Source: Eledone cirrhosa (Eukaryota). From it: DNA of 64,000 bases. The stretch spans positions 133,796,001 to 133,860,000 of the forward strand of contig OZ024743.1 of the NCBI GenBank assembly GCA_964016885.1, written 5' to 3'. Every line of letters starts with the position of its first letter. Position 1 is the first letter of the stretch. The notes beneath the pieces are model-generated. The model saw only the letters and a list, made by a program, of their open reading frames with translations. It searched no databases and was not told where the DNA came from. This document shows positions 23,120-36,409 of this stretch, piece after piece. Position numbers and translations under genes: made by a program.

Positions 23120-26100
23120 GTGCTTGGTGCTTGGTCTTTGGTGTTTGGTGTTTAGTGCTTGGTGCTTGGTGCTTGGTGCTTGGTGCTTGGTCCTTGGTGT
23201 TTGGTGCTTGGTGCTTGGTGTTTGGTGTTTGGTGCTTGGTGCTTGGTGCTTCGTGTTTGGTGTTTGGTGCTTGGTGTCTGGAGCTTGGTGTTTGGTGTTT
23301 GGTGCTTGGTGTTTGGTGTTTGGTGCTTGGTGCTTGGTGTTTGGTGCTTGGTGCTTGGTTTGTGTACTTGGTGCTTGGTGCTTGGTGTTTGGTGCTTGGT
23401 TCTTGGTGTTTGGTGCTTGGTGTTTGGAGCTTGGTGCTTGGTGTTTGGTGCTTGGTGCTTGGTGTTTGTACTTGGTGCTTGGTTCTTGGTGCTTGGTGCT
23501 TGGTTCTTGGTGTTTGGTGCTTGGTGTTTGGAGCTTGGTGCTTGGTGTTTGGTGCTTGGTGCTTGGTGTTTGGTGTTTGGTGCTTGGTGCTTGGTGTTTG
23601 GTGTTTGGTGCTTGGTGTTTGGTGTTTGGTGCTTGGTGCTTGGTGTTTGTTGCTTGGTACTTGGTGCATGGTGTTTGGTGCTGGGTGCTTGGTGTTTGGT
23701 GCTTGGTGTTTGGTGCTTGGTGCTTGGTGTTTGGTGTTTGGTGTTTGATGCTTGGTGTTTTATGCTTGGTGCTTGGTGTTTGGTGCTTGGTGTTTGTACT
23801 TGGTGCTTGGTGCTTGGTGTTTTGTGCTTGGTTCTTGGTGTTTGGTGTTTGGTGCTTGGTACTTGGTGCTTGGTGTTAGGTGTTTGGTGCTTGGTGCTTG
23901 GTGTTTGGTGTTTGGTCCTTGGTGCTTGGTGCTTGGTGTTTAGTGCTTGGTGCTTGGTGTTTGTTGTTTGGTGCTTTCTGTTTGCTGCTTGGTGTTTGCT
24001 GCTTGGTGCTTGGTGCTTGGTGTTTGGTGTTTGGTGCTAGGTGCTTGGTGTTTGGTGTTTGGTGTTTGATGCTTGGTGTTTGGTGCTTGGTGTTTGGTGC
24101 TTGGTGCTTGGGGCTTGGTGTTTGGTGCTTGGTGCTTGGTGCTTGGTGTTTGGTGCTTGGTGCTTGGTGTTTGGTGTTTGGTGTTTGGTGCTTGGTGCTT
24201 GGTGTTTGGTGCTTGGTGCTTGGTGCTGGGTGGTTGGTATTTGGTGATTGGTGCTTGGTGCTTGGTCTTTGGTGCTTGGTGTTTGGTGTTTGGTGCTTGG
24301 TGCTTTGTGTTTGGTGCTTGGTGATTAGTGTTTGGTGCTTGGTACTTGGTGTTTGGTGCTTGGTGTTTGGTGTTTGCTGTTTGGTGTTTGGTGTTTGGTG
24401 TTTGCTGTTTGGTGCCTGCTTTTTGGTGTTTGGTGTTTGCTGTATGGTGTTTGCTGTTTCGTGTTTGGTGTTTGCTGTTTGGTGTTTGGTGTTTGCTGTT
24501 TGGTGTTTGGTCTTTGGTGCTTGGTGTTTGGTGCTTGGTGCTTGGTGTTTGGTGTTTGGTGCTTGGTGCTTGGTGCTTGGTGTTTGGTGCTTGGTGTCTG
24601 GTGCTTGGTGTCTGGTGCTTGGTGTTTGGTGTTTGGTGTTTGGTGCTTGCTGTTTGGTGTTTGGTGTTTGGTGTTTGGTGCTTGTTGCTTGGTGCTTGGT
24701 GCTTGGTGTTTGGTGCTTGGTGCTTGGTGTTTGGTGCTGGGTGCTTGGTGTTTGGTGCTTGGTGCTTGGTGCTTGGTGTTTGGTGTTTGGTGTTATATGC
24801 TTGGTGTTTGATGCTTGGTGCTTGGTGCTTGGTGTTTGGTGTTTGGTGCTTGGTGTTTTATGCTTGGTGTTTGATGTTTGGTGCTTGGTGCTTGGTGTTT
24901 GGTGCTTGGTGCTTGGTGTTTGTACTTGGTGCTTGGTGCTTGGTGCTTGGTGCTTGGTGTTTGGTGCTTGGTGCCTGGTGCTTGGTGCTTGGTGCTTGGT
25001 GTTTGGTGCTTGGTGTTTGCTGCTTGTTATTAGGTGTTTGGTGCTTGGTGCTTGGTGTTTGGTGTTTGGTGCTTGGTGTTTGGTGTTTGGTGCTTGGTGT
25101 TTGGTGCTTGGTACTTGGTGCTTGGTGCTTGGTGTTTGGTGCTTGGTGCTTGGTGTTTGGTGCTAGGTGCATGGTGCTTGGTGTTTGGTGCTTGGTGCTT
25201 GGTGCTTGGTCTTTGGTGTTTGGTGTTTAGTGCTTGGTGCTTGGTGCTTGGTGCTTGGTGCTTGGTCCTTGGTGTTTGGTGCTTGGTGCTTGGTGTTTGG
25301 TGTTTGGTGCTTGGTGCTTGGTGCTTCGTGTTTGGTGTTTGGTGCTTGGTGTCTGGAGCTTGGTGTTTGGTGTTTGGTGCTTGGTGTTTGGTGTTTGGTG
25401 CTTGGTGCTTGGTGTTTGGTGCTTGGTGCTTGGTGTTTGTACTTGGTGCTTGGTGCTTGGTGTTTGGTGCTTGGTTCTTGGTGTTTGGTGCTTGGTGTTT
25501 GGAGCTTGGTGCTTGGTGTTTGGTGCTTGGTGCTTGGTGTTTGTACTTGGTGCTTGGTGCTTGCTGTTTGGTGCTTGGTTCTTGGTGTTTGGTGCTTGGT
25601 GTTTGGAGCTTGGTGCTTGGTGTTTGGTGCTTGGTGCTTGGTGTTTGGTGTTTGGTGCCTGGTGCTTGGTGTTTGGTGTTTGGTGCTTGGTGTTTGGTGT
25701 TTGGTGCTTGGTGCTTGGTGTTTGTTGCTTGGTACTTGGTGCATGGTGTTTGGTGCTGGGTGCTTGGTGTTTGGTGCTTGGTGTTTGGTGCTTGGTGCTT
25801 GGTGTTTGGTGTTTGGTGTTTGATGCTTGGTGTTTTATGCTTGGTGCTTGGTGTTTGGTGCTTGGTGTTTGTACTTGGTGCTTGGTGCTTGGTGTTTTGT
25901 GCTTGGTTCTTGGGGTTTGGTGTTTGGTGCTTGGTACTTGGTGCTTGGTGTTAGGTGTTTGGTGCTTGGTGCTTGGTGTTTGGTGTTTGGTCCTTGGTGC
26001 TTGGTGCTTGGTGTTTAGTGCTTGGTGCTTGGTGTTTGTTGTTTGGTGCTTTCTGTTTGCTGCTTGGTGTTTGCTGCTTGGTGCTTGGTGCTTGGTGTTT

Positions 26101-28900
26101 GGTGTTTGGTGCTAGGTGCTTGGTGTTTGGTGTTTGGTGTTTGATGCTTGGTGTTTGGTGCTTGGTGTTTGGTGCTTGGTGCTTGGGGCTTGGTGTTTGG
26201 TGCTTGGTGCTTGGTGCTTGGTGTTTGGTGCTTGGTGCTTGGTGTTTGGTGTTTGGTGTTTGGTGCTTGGTGCTTGGTGTTTGGTGCTTGGTGCTTGGTG
26301 CTGGGTGGTTGGTATTTGGTGCTTGGTGCTTGGTGTTTGGTGCTTGGTGCTTGGTGCTTGGTGTTTGGTGCTTGGTGCTTGGTGCTTGGTCTTTGGTGCT
26401 TGGTGTTTGGTGTTTGGTGCTTGGTGCTTTGTGTTTGGTGCTTGGTGATTAGTGTTTGGTGCTTGGTACTTGGTGTTTGGTGCTTGGTGTTTGGTGTTTG
26501 CTGTTTGGTGTTTGGTGTTTGGTGTTTGCTGTTTGGTGTCTGCTTTTTGGTGTTTGGTGTTTGCTGTATGGTGTTTGCTGTTTCGTGTTTGGTGTTTGCT
26601 GTTTGGTGTTTGGTGTTTGCTGTTTGGTCTTTGGTCTTTGGTGCTTGGTGTTTGGTGCTTGGTGCTTGGTGTTTGGTGTTTGGTGCTTGGTGTTTGGTGT
26701 TTGGTGCTTGGTGCTTGGTGCTTGGTGTTTGGTGCTTGGTGTCTGGTGCTTGGTGTCTGGTGCTTGATGTTTGGTGTTTGGTGTTTGGTACTTGGTGTTT
26801 GGTGTTTGGTGTTTGGTGTTTGGTGTTTGTTGCTTGGTGCTTGGTGTTTGGTGTTTGGTGCTTGGTGCTTGGTGTTTGGTGCTGGGTGCTTGGTGTTTGG
26901 TGCTTGGTGCTTGGTGCTTGGTGTTTGGTGTTTGGTGCTTGGTGCTTGGTGTTTGGTGTTTGGTGTTATATGCTTGGTGTTTGGTGCTTGGTGCTTGGTG
27001 TTTGGTGTTTGGTTCTTGATGCTTGGTATTTGGTGCTTGGTGCTTGCTGCTTGGTGTTTGGTGCTTGGTGATTGATGCTTGGTGTTTGGTGCTTGGTGCT
27101 TGGTGTTTGGTTTTTGGTGCTAGGTGCTTGGTGCTTGGTGTTTGGTGCTTGGTGTTTGGTGTTTGGTGCTTGGTGTTTGGTACTTGGTGCTTGGTGCTTG
27201 GTGTTTGGTGCTTGGTGCTTGGTGTTTGGTGTTTGGTGTTTGGTGCTTGGTGCTTGGTGTTTGGTGCTTGGTGCTTGGTGCTGGGTGGTCGGTGTTTGGT
27301 GCTTGGTGCTTGGTGTTTCGTGCTAGGTGCATGGTGCTTGGTGTTTGGTGCTTGGTGCTTGGTGCTTGGTCTTTGGTGTTTGGTGTTTAGTGCTTGGTGC
27401 TTGGTGCTTGGTGCTTGGTGCTTGGTCCTTGGTGTTTGGTGCTTGGTGCTTGGTGTTTGGTGTTTGGTGCTTGGTGCTTGGTGCTTCGTGTTTGGTGTTT
27501 GGTGCTTGGTGTCTGGAGCTTGGTGTTTGGTGTTTGGTGCTTGGTGTTTGGTGTTTGGTGCTTGGTGCTTGGTGTTTGGTGCTTGGTGCTTGGTGTTTGT
27601 ACTTGGTGCTTGGTGCTTGGTGTTTGGTGCTTGGTTCTTGGTGTTTGGTGCTTGGTGTTTGGAGCTTGGTGCTTGGTGTTTGGTGCTTGGTGCTTGGTGT
27701 TTGTACTTGGTGCTTGGTTCTTGGTGCTTGGTGCTTGGTTCTTGGTGTTTGGTGCTTGGTGTTTGGAGCTTGGTGCTTGGTGTTTGGTGCTTGGTGCTTG
27801 GTGTTTGGTGTTTGGTGCTTGGTGCTTGGTGTTTGGTGTTTGGTGCTTGGTGTTTGGTGTTTGGTGCTTGGTGCTTGGTGTTTGTTGCTTGGTACTTGGT
27901 GCATGGTGTTTGGTGCTGGGTGCTTGGTGTTTGGTGCTTGGTGTTTGGTGCTTGGTGCTTGGTGTTTGGTGTTTGGTGTTTGATGCTTGGTGTTTTATGC
28001 TTGGTGCTTGGTGTTTGGTGCTTGGTGTTTGTACTTGGTGCTTGGTGCTTGGTGTTTTGTGCTTGGTTCTTGGTGTTTGGTGTTTGGTGCTTGGTACTTG
28101 GTGCTTGGTGTTAGGTGTTTGGTGCTTGGTGCTTGGTGTTTGGTGTTTGGTCCTTGGTGCTTGGTGCTTGGTGTTTAGTGCTTGGTGCTTGGTGTTTGTT
28201 GTTTGGTGCTTTCTGTTTGCTGCTTGGTGTTTGCTGCTTGGTGCTTGGTGCTTGGTGTTTGGTGTTTGGTGCTAGGTGCTTGGTGTTTGGTGTTTGGTGT
28301 TTGATGCTTGGTGTTTGGTGCTTGGTGTTTGGTGCTTGGTGCTTGGGGCTTGGTGTTTGGTGCTTGGTGCTTGGTGCTTGGTGTTTGATGCTTGGTGCTT
28401 GGTGTTTGGTGTTTGGTGTTTGGTGCTTGGTGCTTGGTGTTTGGTGCTTGGTGCTTGGTGCTGGGTGGTTGGTATTTGGTGATTGGTGCTTGGTGCTTGG
28501 TGTTTGGTGCTTGGTGCTTGGTGCTTGGTCTTTGGTGCTTGGTGTTTGGTGTTTGGTGCTTGGTGCTTTGTGTTTGGTGCTTGGTGATTAGTGTTTGGTG
28601 CTTGGTACTTGGTGTTTGGTGCTTGGTGTTTGGTGTTTGCTGTTTGGTGTTTGGTGTTTGGTGTTTGCTGTTTGGTGTCTGCTTTTTGGTGTTTGGTGTT
28701 TGCTGTATGGTGTTTGCTGTTTCGTGTTTGGTGTTTGCTGTTTGGTGTTTGGTGTTTGCTATTTGGTGTTTGGTCTTTGGTGCTTGGTGTTTGGTGCTTG
28801 GTGCTTGGTGTTTGGTGTTTGGTGCTTGGTGCTTGGTGCTTGGTGTTTGGTGCTTGGTGTCTGGTGCTTGGTGTCTGGTGCTTGGTGTTTGGTGTTTGGT
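23120..28900 (+). repeat. Three consecutive ~2.1 kb higher-order units (periods 2075 and 2160 bp); boundaries approximate
   Basis: Equivalent ORFs at 23159/25234/27394, 23752/25827/27987 and 24041/26116/28276. Confidence 0.85.
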
Positions 28901-30885
28901 GTTTGGTGCTTTGTGTTTGGTGTTTGGTGTTTGGTGTTTGGTGCTTGTTGCTTGGTGCTTGGTGCTTGGTGTTTGGTGCTTGGTGCTTGGTGTTTGGTGC
29001 TGGGTGCTTGGTGTTTGGTGCTTGGTGCTTGGTGCTTGGTGTTTGGTGTTTGGTGTTATATGCTTGGTGTTTGATGCTTGGTGCTTGGTGCTTGGTGTTT
29101 GGTGTTTGGTGCTTGGTGTTTTATGCTTGGTGTTTGATGTTTGGTGCTTGGTGCTTGGTGTTTGGTGCTTGGTGCTTGGTGTTTGTACTTGGTGCTTGGT
29201 GCTTGGTTCTTGGTGTTTGGTGCTTGGTGCTTGGTGCTTGGTGCTTGGTGTTTGGTGCTTGGTGTTTGGTGCTTGGTGTTTGGTGCTTGGTGCCTGGTGC
29301 TTGGTGCTTGGTGCTTGGTGTTTGCTGCTTGGTGTTTGCTGCTTGGTATTAGGTGTTTGGTGCTTGGTGCTTGGTGTTTGGTGTTTGGTGCTTGGTGTTT
29401 GGTGCTTGGTGTTTGGTGTTTGGTGCTTGGTGTTTGGTGCTAGGTACTTGGTGCTTGGTGCTTGGTGTTAGGTGTTTGGTGCTTGGTGCTTGGTGTTTGG
29501 TTTTTGGTGCTTGGTGCTTGGTGTTTGGTGTTTGGTGCTTGCTGCTGGCTGCTTGGTGTTTGGTGCTTGGTGATTGGTGCTTGGTGTTTGGTGCTTGGTG
29601 TTTGGTGTTTGGTACTAGGTGCTTGGTGCTTGGTGTTTGGTGCTTGGTGCTTGGTGTTTGGTGCTTGGTGCTTGGTGCTGGGTGGTTGGTATTTGGTGAT
29701 TGGTGCTTGGTGCTTGGTGTTTGGTGCTTGGTGCTTGGTGCTTGGTCTTTGGTGCTTGGTGTTTGGTGTTTGGTGCTTGGTGCTTTGTGTTTGGTGCTTG
29801 GTGATTAGTGTTTGGTGCTTGGTACTTGGTGTTTGGTGCTTGGTGTTTGGTGTTTGCTGTTTGGTGTTTGGTGTTTGGTGTTTGCTGTTTGGTGTCTGCT
29901 TTTTGGTGTTTGGTGTTTGCTGTATGGTGTTTGCTGTTTCGTGTTTGGTGTTTGCTGTTTGGTGTTTGGTGTTTGCTATTTGGTGTTTGGTCTTTGGTGC
30001 TTGGTGTTTGGTGCTTGGTGCTTGGTGTTTGGTGTTTGGTGCTTGGTGCTTGGTGCTTGGTGTTTGGTGCTTGGTGTCTGGTGCTTGGTGTCTGGTGCTT
30101 GGTGTTTGGTGTTTGGTGTTTGGTGCTTTGTGTTTGGTGTTTGGTGTTTGGTGTTTGGTGCTTGTTGCTTGGTGCTTGGTGCTTGGTGTTTGGTGCTTGG
30201 TGCTTGGTGTTTGGTGCTGGGTGCTTGGTGTTTGGTGCTTGGTGCTTGGTGCTTGGTGTTTGGTGTTTGGTGTTATATGCTTGGTGTTTGATGCTTGGTG
30301 CTTGGTGCTTGGTGTTTGGTGTTTGGTGCTTGGTGTTTTATGCTTGGTGTTTGATGTTTGGTGCTTGGTGCTTGGTGTTTGGTGCTTGGTGCTTGGTGTT
30401 TGTACTTGGTGCTTGGTGCTTGGTTCTTGGTGTTTGGTGCTTGGTGCTTGGTGCTTGGTGCTTGGTGTTTGGTGCTTGGTGTTTGGTGCTTGGTGTTTGG
30501 TGCTTGGTGCCTGGTGCTTGGTGCTTGGTGCTTGGTGTTTGGTGCTTGGTGTTTGCTGCTTGGTATTAGGTGTTTGGTGCTTGGTGCTTGGTGTTTGGTG
30601 TTTGGTGCTTGGTGTTTGGTGCTTGGTGTTTGGTGTTTGGTGCTTGGTGTTTGGTGCTAGGTACTTGGTGCTTGGTGCTTGGTGTTAGGTGTTTGGTGCT
30701 TGGTGCTTGGTGTTTGGTTTTTGGTGCTTGGTGCTTGGTGTTTGGTGTTTGGTGCTTGCTGCTGGCTGCTTGGTGTTTGGTGCTTGGTGATTGGTGCTTG
30801 GTGTTTGGTGCTTGGTGTTTGGTGTTTGGTACTAGGTGCTTGGTGCTTGGTGTTTGGTGCTTGGTGCTTGGTGTTTGGTGCTTGG
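28430..30885 (+). repeat. Tandem duplication, period 1217 bp
   Basis: ORF offsets 1217 (28591/29808, 28595/29812, 29141/30358, 29353/30570). Private variant TTGCTAT has its A at 28761 and 29978. 1217 = 174x7 - 1 (one TTGTAC hexamer). Confidence 0.93.
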
Positions 30886-33800
30886 TGCTGGGTTCTGGGT
30901 GGTTGGTGTTTGGTGCTTGGTGTTTGGTGCTGGGTGCTTGGTGTTTGGTGCTTGGTGCTTGGTCTTTGGTGTTTGGTGTTTGGTGTTTGGGGCTTGGTGC
31001 TTGGTGCTTGGTGTTTGGTGCTTGGTGCTTGGTGTTTGGTGCTTGGTGCTTAGTGTTTGGTGCTAGGTGCTTGGGGTTTGGTGTTTGGTGCTTGGTGCTT
31101 GGTGTTTGGTGCTTGGTGCTTGGTGTTTGGTGTTTGGTGCTTGGTGCTTGGTGTTTGGTGTTTCCTGTTTGCTGTTTGGTGTTTGGTGTTTGGTGTTTGC
31201 TGTTTGGTGTCTGCTTTTTGGTGTTTGGTGTTTGCTGTATGTTATTTGCTGTTTTGTGTTTGGTGTTTGGTGTTTGGTGCTTGGTGCTTGGTGTTTGGTG
31301 CTTGGGGCTTGGTGTTTGGTGCCTGGTGCTTGGGGCTTGGTGTTTGGTGTTTGGTGCTTGGTGCTTGGAGTTTGGTGTTTGGTGCTTGGTGCTTGGTGTT
31401 TTGTGTTTGGTGTTTGGTTTTTGGTGATTGGTGCTTGGTGCTTGGTGCTTGGTCCTTGGTGTTTGGTGCTTGGTGCTTGGTGTTTGTACTTGGTGCTTGG
31501 TGCTTGGTGTTTGGTTCTTGGTTCCTGGTGTTTGGTACTTGGTGCTTGGTGCTTGGTGTTTGGTGCTTGGTGCTTGGTGTTTGGTGTTTGGTGTTTGGTG
31601 CTTGGTGCTTGGTGTTTGGTGCTTGGTGCTTGGTGCTGGGTGGTTGGTATTTGGTGCTTGGTGCTTGGTGTTTGGTGCTTGGTGTTTGGTGCTTGGTGTT
31701 TGGTGCTTGGTGCTTGGTGCTTGGTCTTTGGTGCTTGGTGTTTGGTGTTTGGTGCTTGGTGCTTTGTGTTTGGTGCTTGGTGATTAGTGTTTGGTGCTTG
31801 GTACTTGGTGTTTGGTGCTTGGTGTTTGGTGTTTGCTGTTTGGTGTTTGGTGTTTGGTGTTTGCTGTTTGGTGTCTGCTTTTTGGTGTTTGGTGTTTGCT
31901 GTATGGTGTTTGCTGTTTCGTGTTTGGTGTTTGCTGTTTGGTGTTTGGTGTTTGCTGTTTGGTGTTTGGTCTTTGGTGCTTGGTGTTTGGTGCTTGGTGC
32001 TTGGTGTTTGGTGTTTGGTGCTTGGTGTTTGGTGTTTGGTGCTTGGTGCTTGGTGCTTGGTGTTTGGTGCTTGGTGTCTGGTGCTTGGTGTCTGGTGCTT
32101 GGTGTTTGGTGTTTGGTGTTTGGTGCTTGGTGTTTGGTGTTTGGTGCTTGTTGCTTGGTGCTTGGTGCTTGGTGTTTGGTGCTTGGTACTTGGTGTTTGG
32201 TGCTGGGTGCTTGGTGTTTGGTGCTTGGTGCTTGGTGTTTGGTGTTTGGTGCTTGGTGCTTGGTGTTTGGTGTTTGGTGTTATATGCTTGGTGTTTCGTG
32301 CTAGGTGCATGGTGCTTGGTGTTTGGTGCTTGGTGCTTGGTGCTTGGTCTTTGGTGTTTGGTGTTTAGTGCTTGGTGCTTGGTGCTTGGTGCTTGGTGCT
32401 TGGTGCTTGGTCCTTGGTGTTTGGTGCTTGGTGCTTGGTGTTTGGTGTTTGGTGCTTGGTGCTTGGTGCTTCGTGTTTGGTGTTTGGTGCTTGGTGTCTG
32501 GAGCTTGGTGTTTGGTGTTTGGTTCTTGGTGTTTGGTGTTTGGTGCTTGGTGCTTGGTGTTTGGTGCTTGGTGCTTGGTGTTTGTACTTGGTGCTTGGTG
32601 CTTGGTGTTTGGTGCTTGGTTCTTGGTGTTTGGTGCTTGGTGTTTGGAGCTTGGTGCTTGGTGTTTGGTGCTTGGTGCTTGGTGTTTGTACTTGGTGCTT
32701 GGTGCTTGGTGTTTGGTGCTTGGTTCTTGGTGTTTGGTGCTTGGTGTTTGGAGCTTGGTGCTTGGTGTTTGGTGCTTGGTGCTTGGTGTTTGGTGTTTGG
32801 TGCTTGGTGCTTGGTGTTTGGTGTTTGGTGCTTGGTGTTTGGTGTTTGGTGTTTGGTGCTTGGTGCTTGGTGTTTGTTGCTTGGTACTTGGTGCATGGTG
32901 TTTGGTGTTGGGTGCTTGGTGTTTTGTGCTTGGTTCTTGGTGTTTGGTGTTTGGTGCTTGGTACTTGGTGTCTGGAGCTTGGTGTTTGGTGTTTGGTGCT
33001 TGGTGTTTGGTGCTTGGTGCTTGGTGTTTGGTGTTTGGTGTTTGATGCTTGGTGTTTTATGCTTGGTTCTTGGTGTTTGGTGTTTGGTGCTTGGTACTTG
33101 GTGCTTGGTGTTTGGTGCTTGGTGCTTGGTGTTTGGTGTTTGGTGCCTGGTGCTTGGTGTTTGGTGTTTGGTGCTTGGTGTTTGGTGTTTGGTGCTTGGT
33201 GCTTGGTGTTTGTTGCTTGGTACTTGGTGCATGGTGTTTGGTGCTGGGTGCTTGGTGTTTGGTGCTTGGTGTTTGGTGCTTGGTGCTTGGTGTTTGGTGT
33301 TTGGTGTTTGACGCTTGGTGTTTTATGCTTGGTGCTTGGTGTTTGGTGCTTGGTGTTTGTACTTGGTGCTTGGTGCTTGGTGTTTTGTGCTTGGTTCTTG
33401 GGGTTTGGTGTTTGGTGCTTGGTACTTGGTGCTTGGTGTTAGGTGTTTGGTGCTTGGTGCTTGGTGTTTGGTGTTTGGTCCTTGGTGCTTGGTGCTTGGT
33501 GTTTAGTGCTTGGTGCTTGGTGTTTGTTGTTTGGTGCTTTCTGTTTGCTGCTTGGTCTTTGCTGCTTGGTGCTTGGTGCTTGGTGTTTGGTGTTTGGTGC
33601 TAGGTGCTTGGTGTTTGGTGTTTGGTGTTTGATGCTTGGTGTTTGGTGCTTGGTGTTTGGTGCTTGGTGCTTGGGGCTTGGTGTTTGGTGCTTGGTGCTT
33701 GGTGCTTGGTGTTTGTTGCTTGGTGCTTGGTGTTTGGTGTTTGGTGTTTGGTGCTTGGTGCTTGGTGTTTGGTGCTTGGTGCTTGGTGCTGGGTGGTTGG

Positions 33801-36409
33801 TATTTGGTGCTTGGTGCTTGGTGTTTGGTGCTTGGTGCTTGGTGCTTGGTGTTTGGTGCTTGGTGCTTGGTGCTTGGTCTTTGGTGCTTGGTGTTTGGTG
33901 TTTGGTGCTTGGTGCTTTGTGTTTGGTGCTTGGTGATTAGTGTTTGGTGCTTGGTACTTGGTGTTTGGTGCTTGGTGTTTGGTGTTTGCTGTTTGGTGTT
34001 TGGTGTTTGGTGTTTGATGTTTGGTGTCTGCTTTTTGGTGTTTGGTGTTTGCTGTATGTTATTTGCTGTTTGGTGTTTGGTGTTTGGTGTTTGGTGCTTG
34101 GTGCTTGGTGTTTGGTGCTTGGTGCTTGGTGTTTGGTGCCTGGTGCTTGGGGCTTGCTGTTTGGTGTTTGGTGCTTGGTGCTTGGAGTTTGGTGTTTGGT
34201 GCTTGGTGCTTGGTGTTTTGTGTTTGGTGTTTGGTTTTTGGTGCTTGGTGCTTGGTGCTTGGTGCTTGGTCCTTGGTGTTTGGTGCTTGGTGCTTGGTGT
34301 TTGTACTTGGTGCTTGGTGCTTGGTGTTTGGTTCTGGGTTCCTGGTGTTTGGTACTTGGTGCTTGGTGCTTGGTGTTTGGTGCTTGGTGCTTGGTGTTTG
34401 GTGTTTGGTGTTTGGTGCTTGGTGCTTGGTGTTTGGTGCTTGGTGCTTGGTGCTGGGTGGTTGGTATTTGGTGCTTGGTGCTTGGTGTTTGGTGCTTGGT
34501 GCTTGGTGCTTGGTGTTTGGTGCTTGGTGCTTGGTGCTTGGTCTTTGGTGCTTGGTGTTTGGTGTTTGGTGCTTGGTGCTTTGTGTTTGGTGCTTGGTGA
34601 TTAGTGTTTGGTGCTTGGTACTTGGTGTTTGGTGCTTGGTGTTTGGTGTTTGCTGTTTGGTGTTTGGTGTTTGGTGTTTGCTGTTTGGTGTCTGATTTTG
34701 GTGTTTGGTGTTTGCTGTATGGTGTTTGCTGTTTCGTGTTTGGTGTTTGCTGTTTGGTGTTTGGTGTTTGCTGTTTGGTGTTTGGTCTTTGGTGCTTGGT
34801 GTTTGGTGCTTGGTGCTTGGTGTTTGGTGTTTGGTGCTTGGTGTTTGGTGTTTGGTGCTTCGTGCTTGGTGCTTGGTGTTTGGTGCTTGGTGTCTGGTGC
34901 TTGGTGTCTGGTGCTTGGTGTTTGGTGTTTGGTGTTTGGCGCTTGGTGTTTGGTGTTTGGTGCTTGTTGCTTGGTGCTTGGTGCTTGGTGTTTGGTGCTT
35001 GGTGCTTGGTGTTTGGTGCTGGGTGCTTGGTGTTTGGTGCTTGGTGCTTGGTGTTTGGTGTTTGGTGCTTGGTGCTTGGTGTTTGGTGTTTGGTGTTATA
35101 TGCTTGGTGTTTGGTGCTTGGTGCTTGGTGTTTGGTGTTTGGTTCTTGATGCTTGGTATTTGGTGCTTGGTGCTTGCTGCTTGGTGTTTGGTGCTTGGTG
35201 ATTGATGCTTGGTGTTTGGTGCTTGGTGCTTGGTGTTTGGTTTTTGGTGCTAGGTGCTTGGTGCTTGGTGTTTGGTGCTTGGTGTTTGGTGTTTGGTGCT
35301 TGGTGCTTGGTGTTTGGTACTTGGTGCTTGGTGCTTGGTGTTTGGTGCTTGGTGCTTGGTGTTTGGTGTTTGGTGTTTGGTGCTTGGTGCTTGGTGTTTG
35401 GTGCTTGGTGCTGGGTGGTTGGTGTTTGGTGCTTGGTGCTTGGTGTTTCGTGCTAGGTGCATGGTGCTTGGTGTTTGGTGCTTGGTGCTTGGTGCTTGGT
35501 CTTTGGTGTTTGGTGTTTAGTGCTTGGTGCTTGGTGCTTGGTGCTTGGTCCTTGGTGTTTGGTGCTTGGTGCTTGGTGTTTGGTGTTTGGTGCTTGGTGC
35601 TTGGTGCTTCGTGTTTGGTGTTTGGTGCTTGGTGTCTGGAGCTTGGTGTTTGGTGTTTGGTGCTTGGTGTTTGGTGTTTGGTGCTTGGTGCTTGGTGTTT
35701 GGTGCTTGGTGCTTGGTGTTTGTACTTGGTGCTTGGTGCTTGGTGTTTGGTGCTTGGTTCTTGGTGTTTGGTGCTTGGTGTTTGGAGCTTGGTGCTTGGT
35801 GTTTGGTGCATGGTGCTTGGTGTTTGTACTTGGTGCTTGGTGCTTGGTGTTTGGTGCTTGGTTCTTGGTGTTTGGTGCTTGGTGTTTGGAGCTTGGTGCT
35901 TGGTGTTTGGTGCTTGGTGCGTGGTGTTTGGTGTTTGGTGCTTGGTGCTTGGTGTTTGGTGTTTGGTGCTTGGTGTTTGGTGTTTGGTGTTTTGTGCTTG
36001 GTGCTTGGTGTTTGTTGCTTGGTACTTGGTGCATGGTGTTTGGTGCTGGGTGCTTGGTGTTTTGTGCTTGGTTCTTGGTGTTTGGTGTTTGGTGCTTGGT
36101 ACTTGGTGTCTGGAGCTTGGTGTTTGGTGTTTGGTGCTTGGTGTTTGGTGCTTGGTGCTTGGTGTTTGGTGTTTGGTGTTTGATGCTTGGTGTTTTATGC
36201 TTGGTGCTTGGTGTTTGGTGCTTGGTGTTTGTATTTTGTGCTTGGTGCTTGGTGTTTTGTGCTTGGTTCTTGGTGTTTGGTGTTTGGTGCTTGGTACTTG
36301 GTGCTTGGTGTTTGGTGCTTGGTGCTTGGTGTTTGGTGTTTGGTGCCTGGTGCTTGGTGTTTGGTGTTTGGTGCTTGGTGTTTGGTGTTTGGTGCTTGGT
36401 GCTTGGTGT

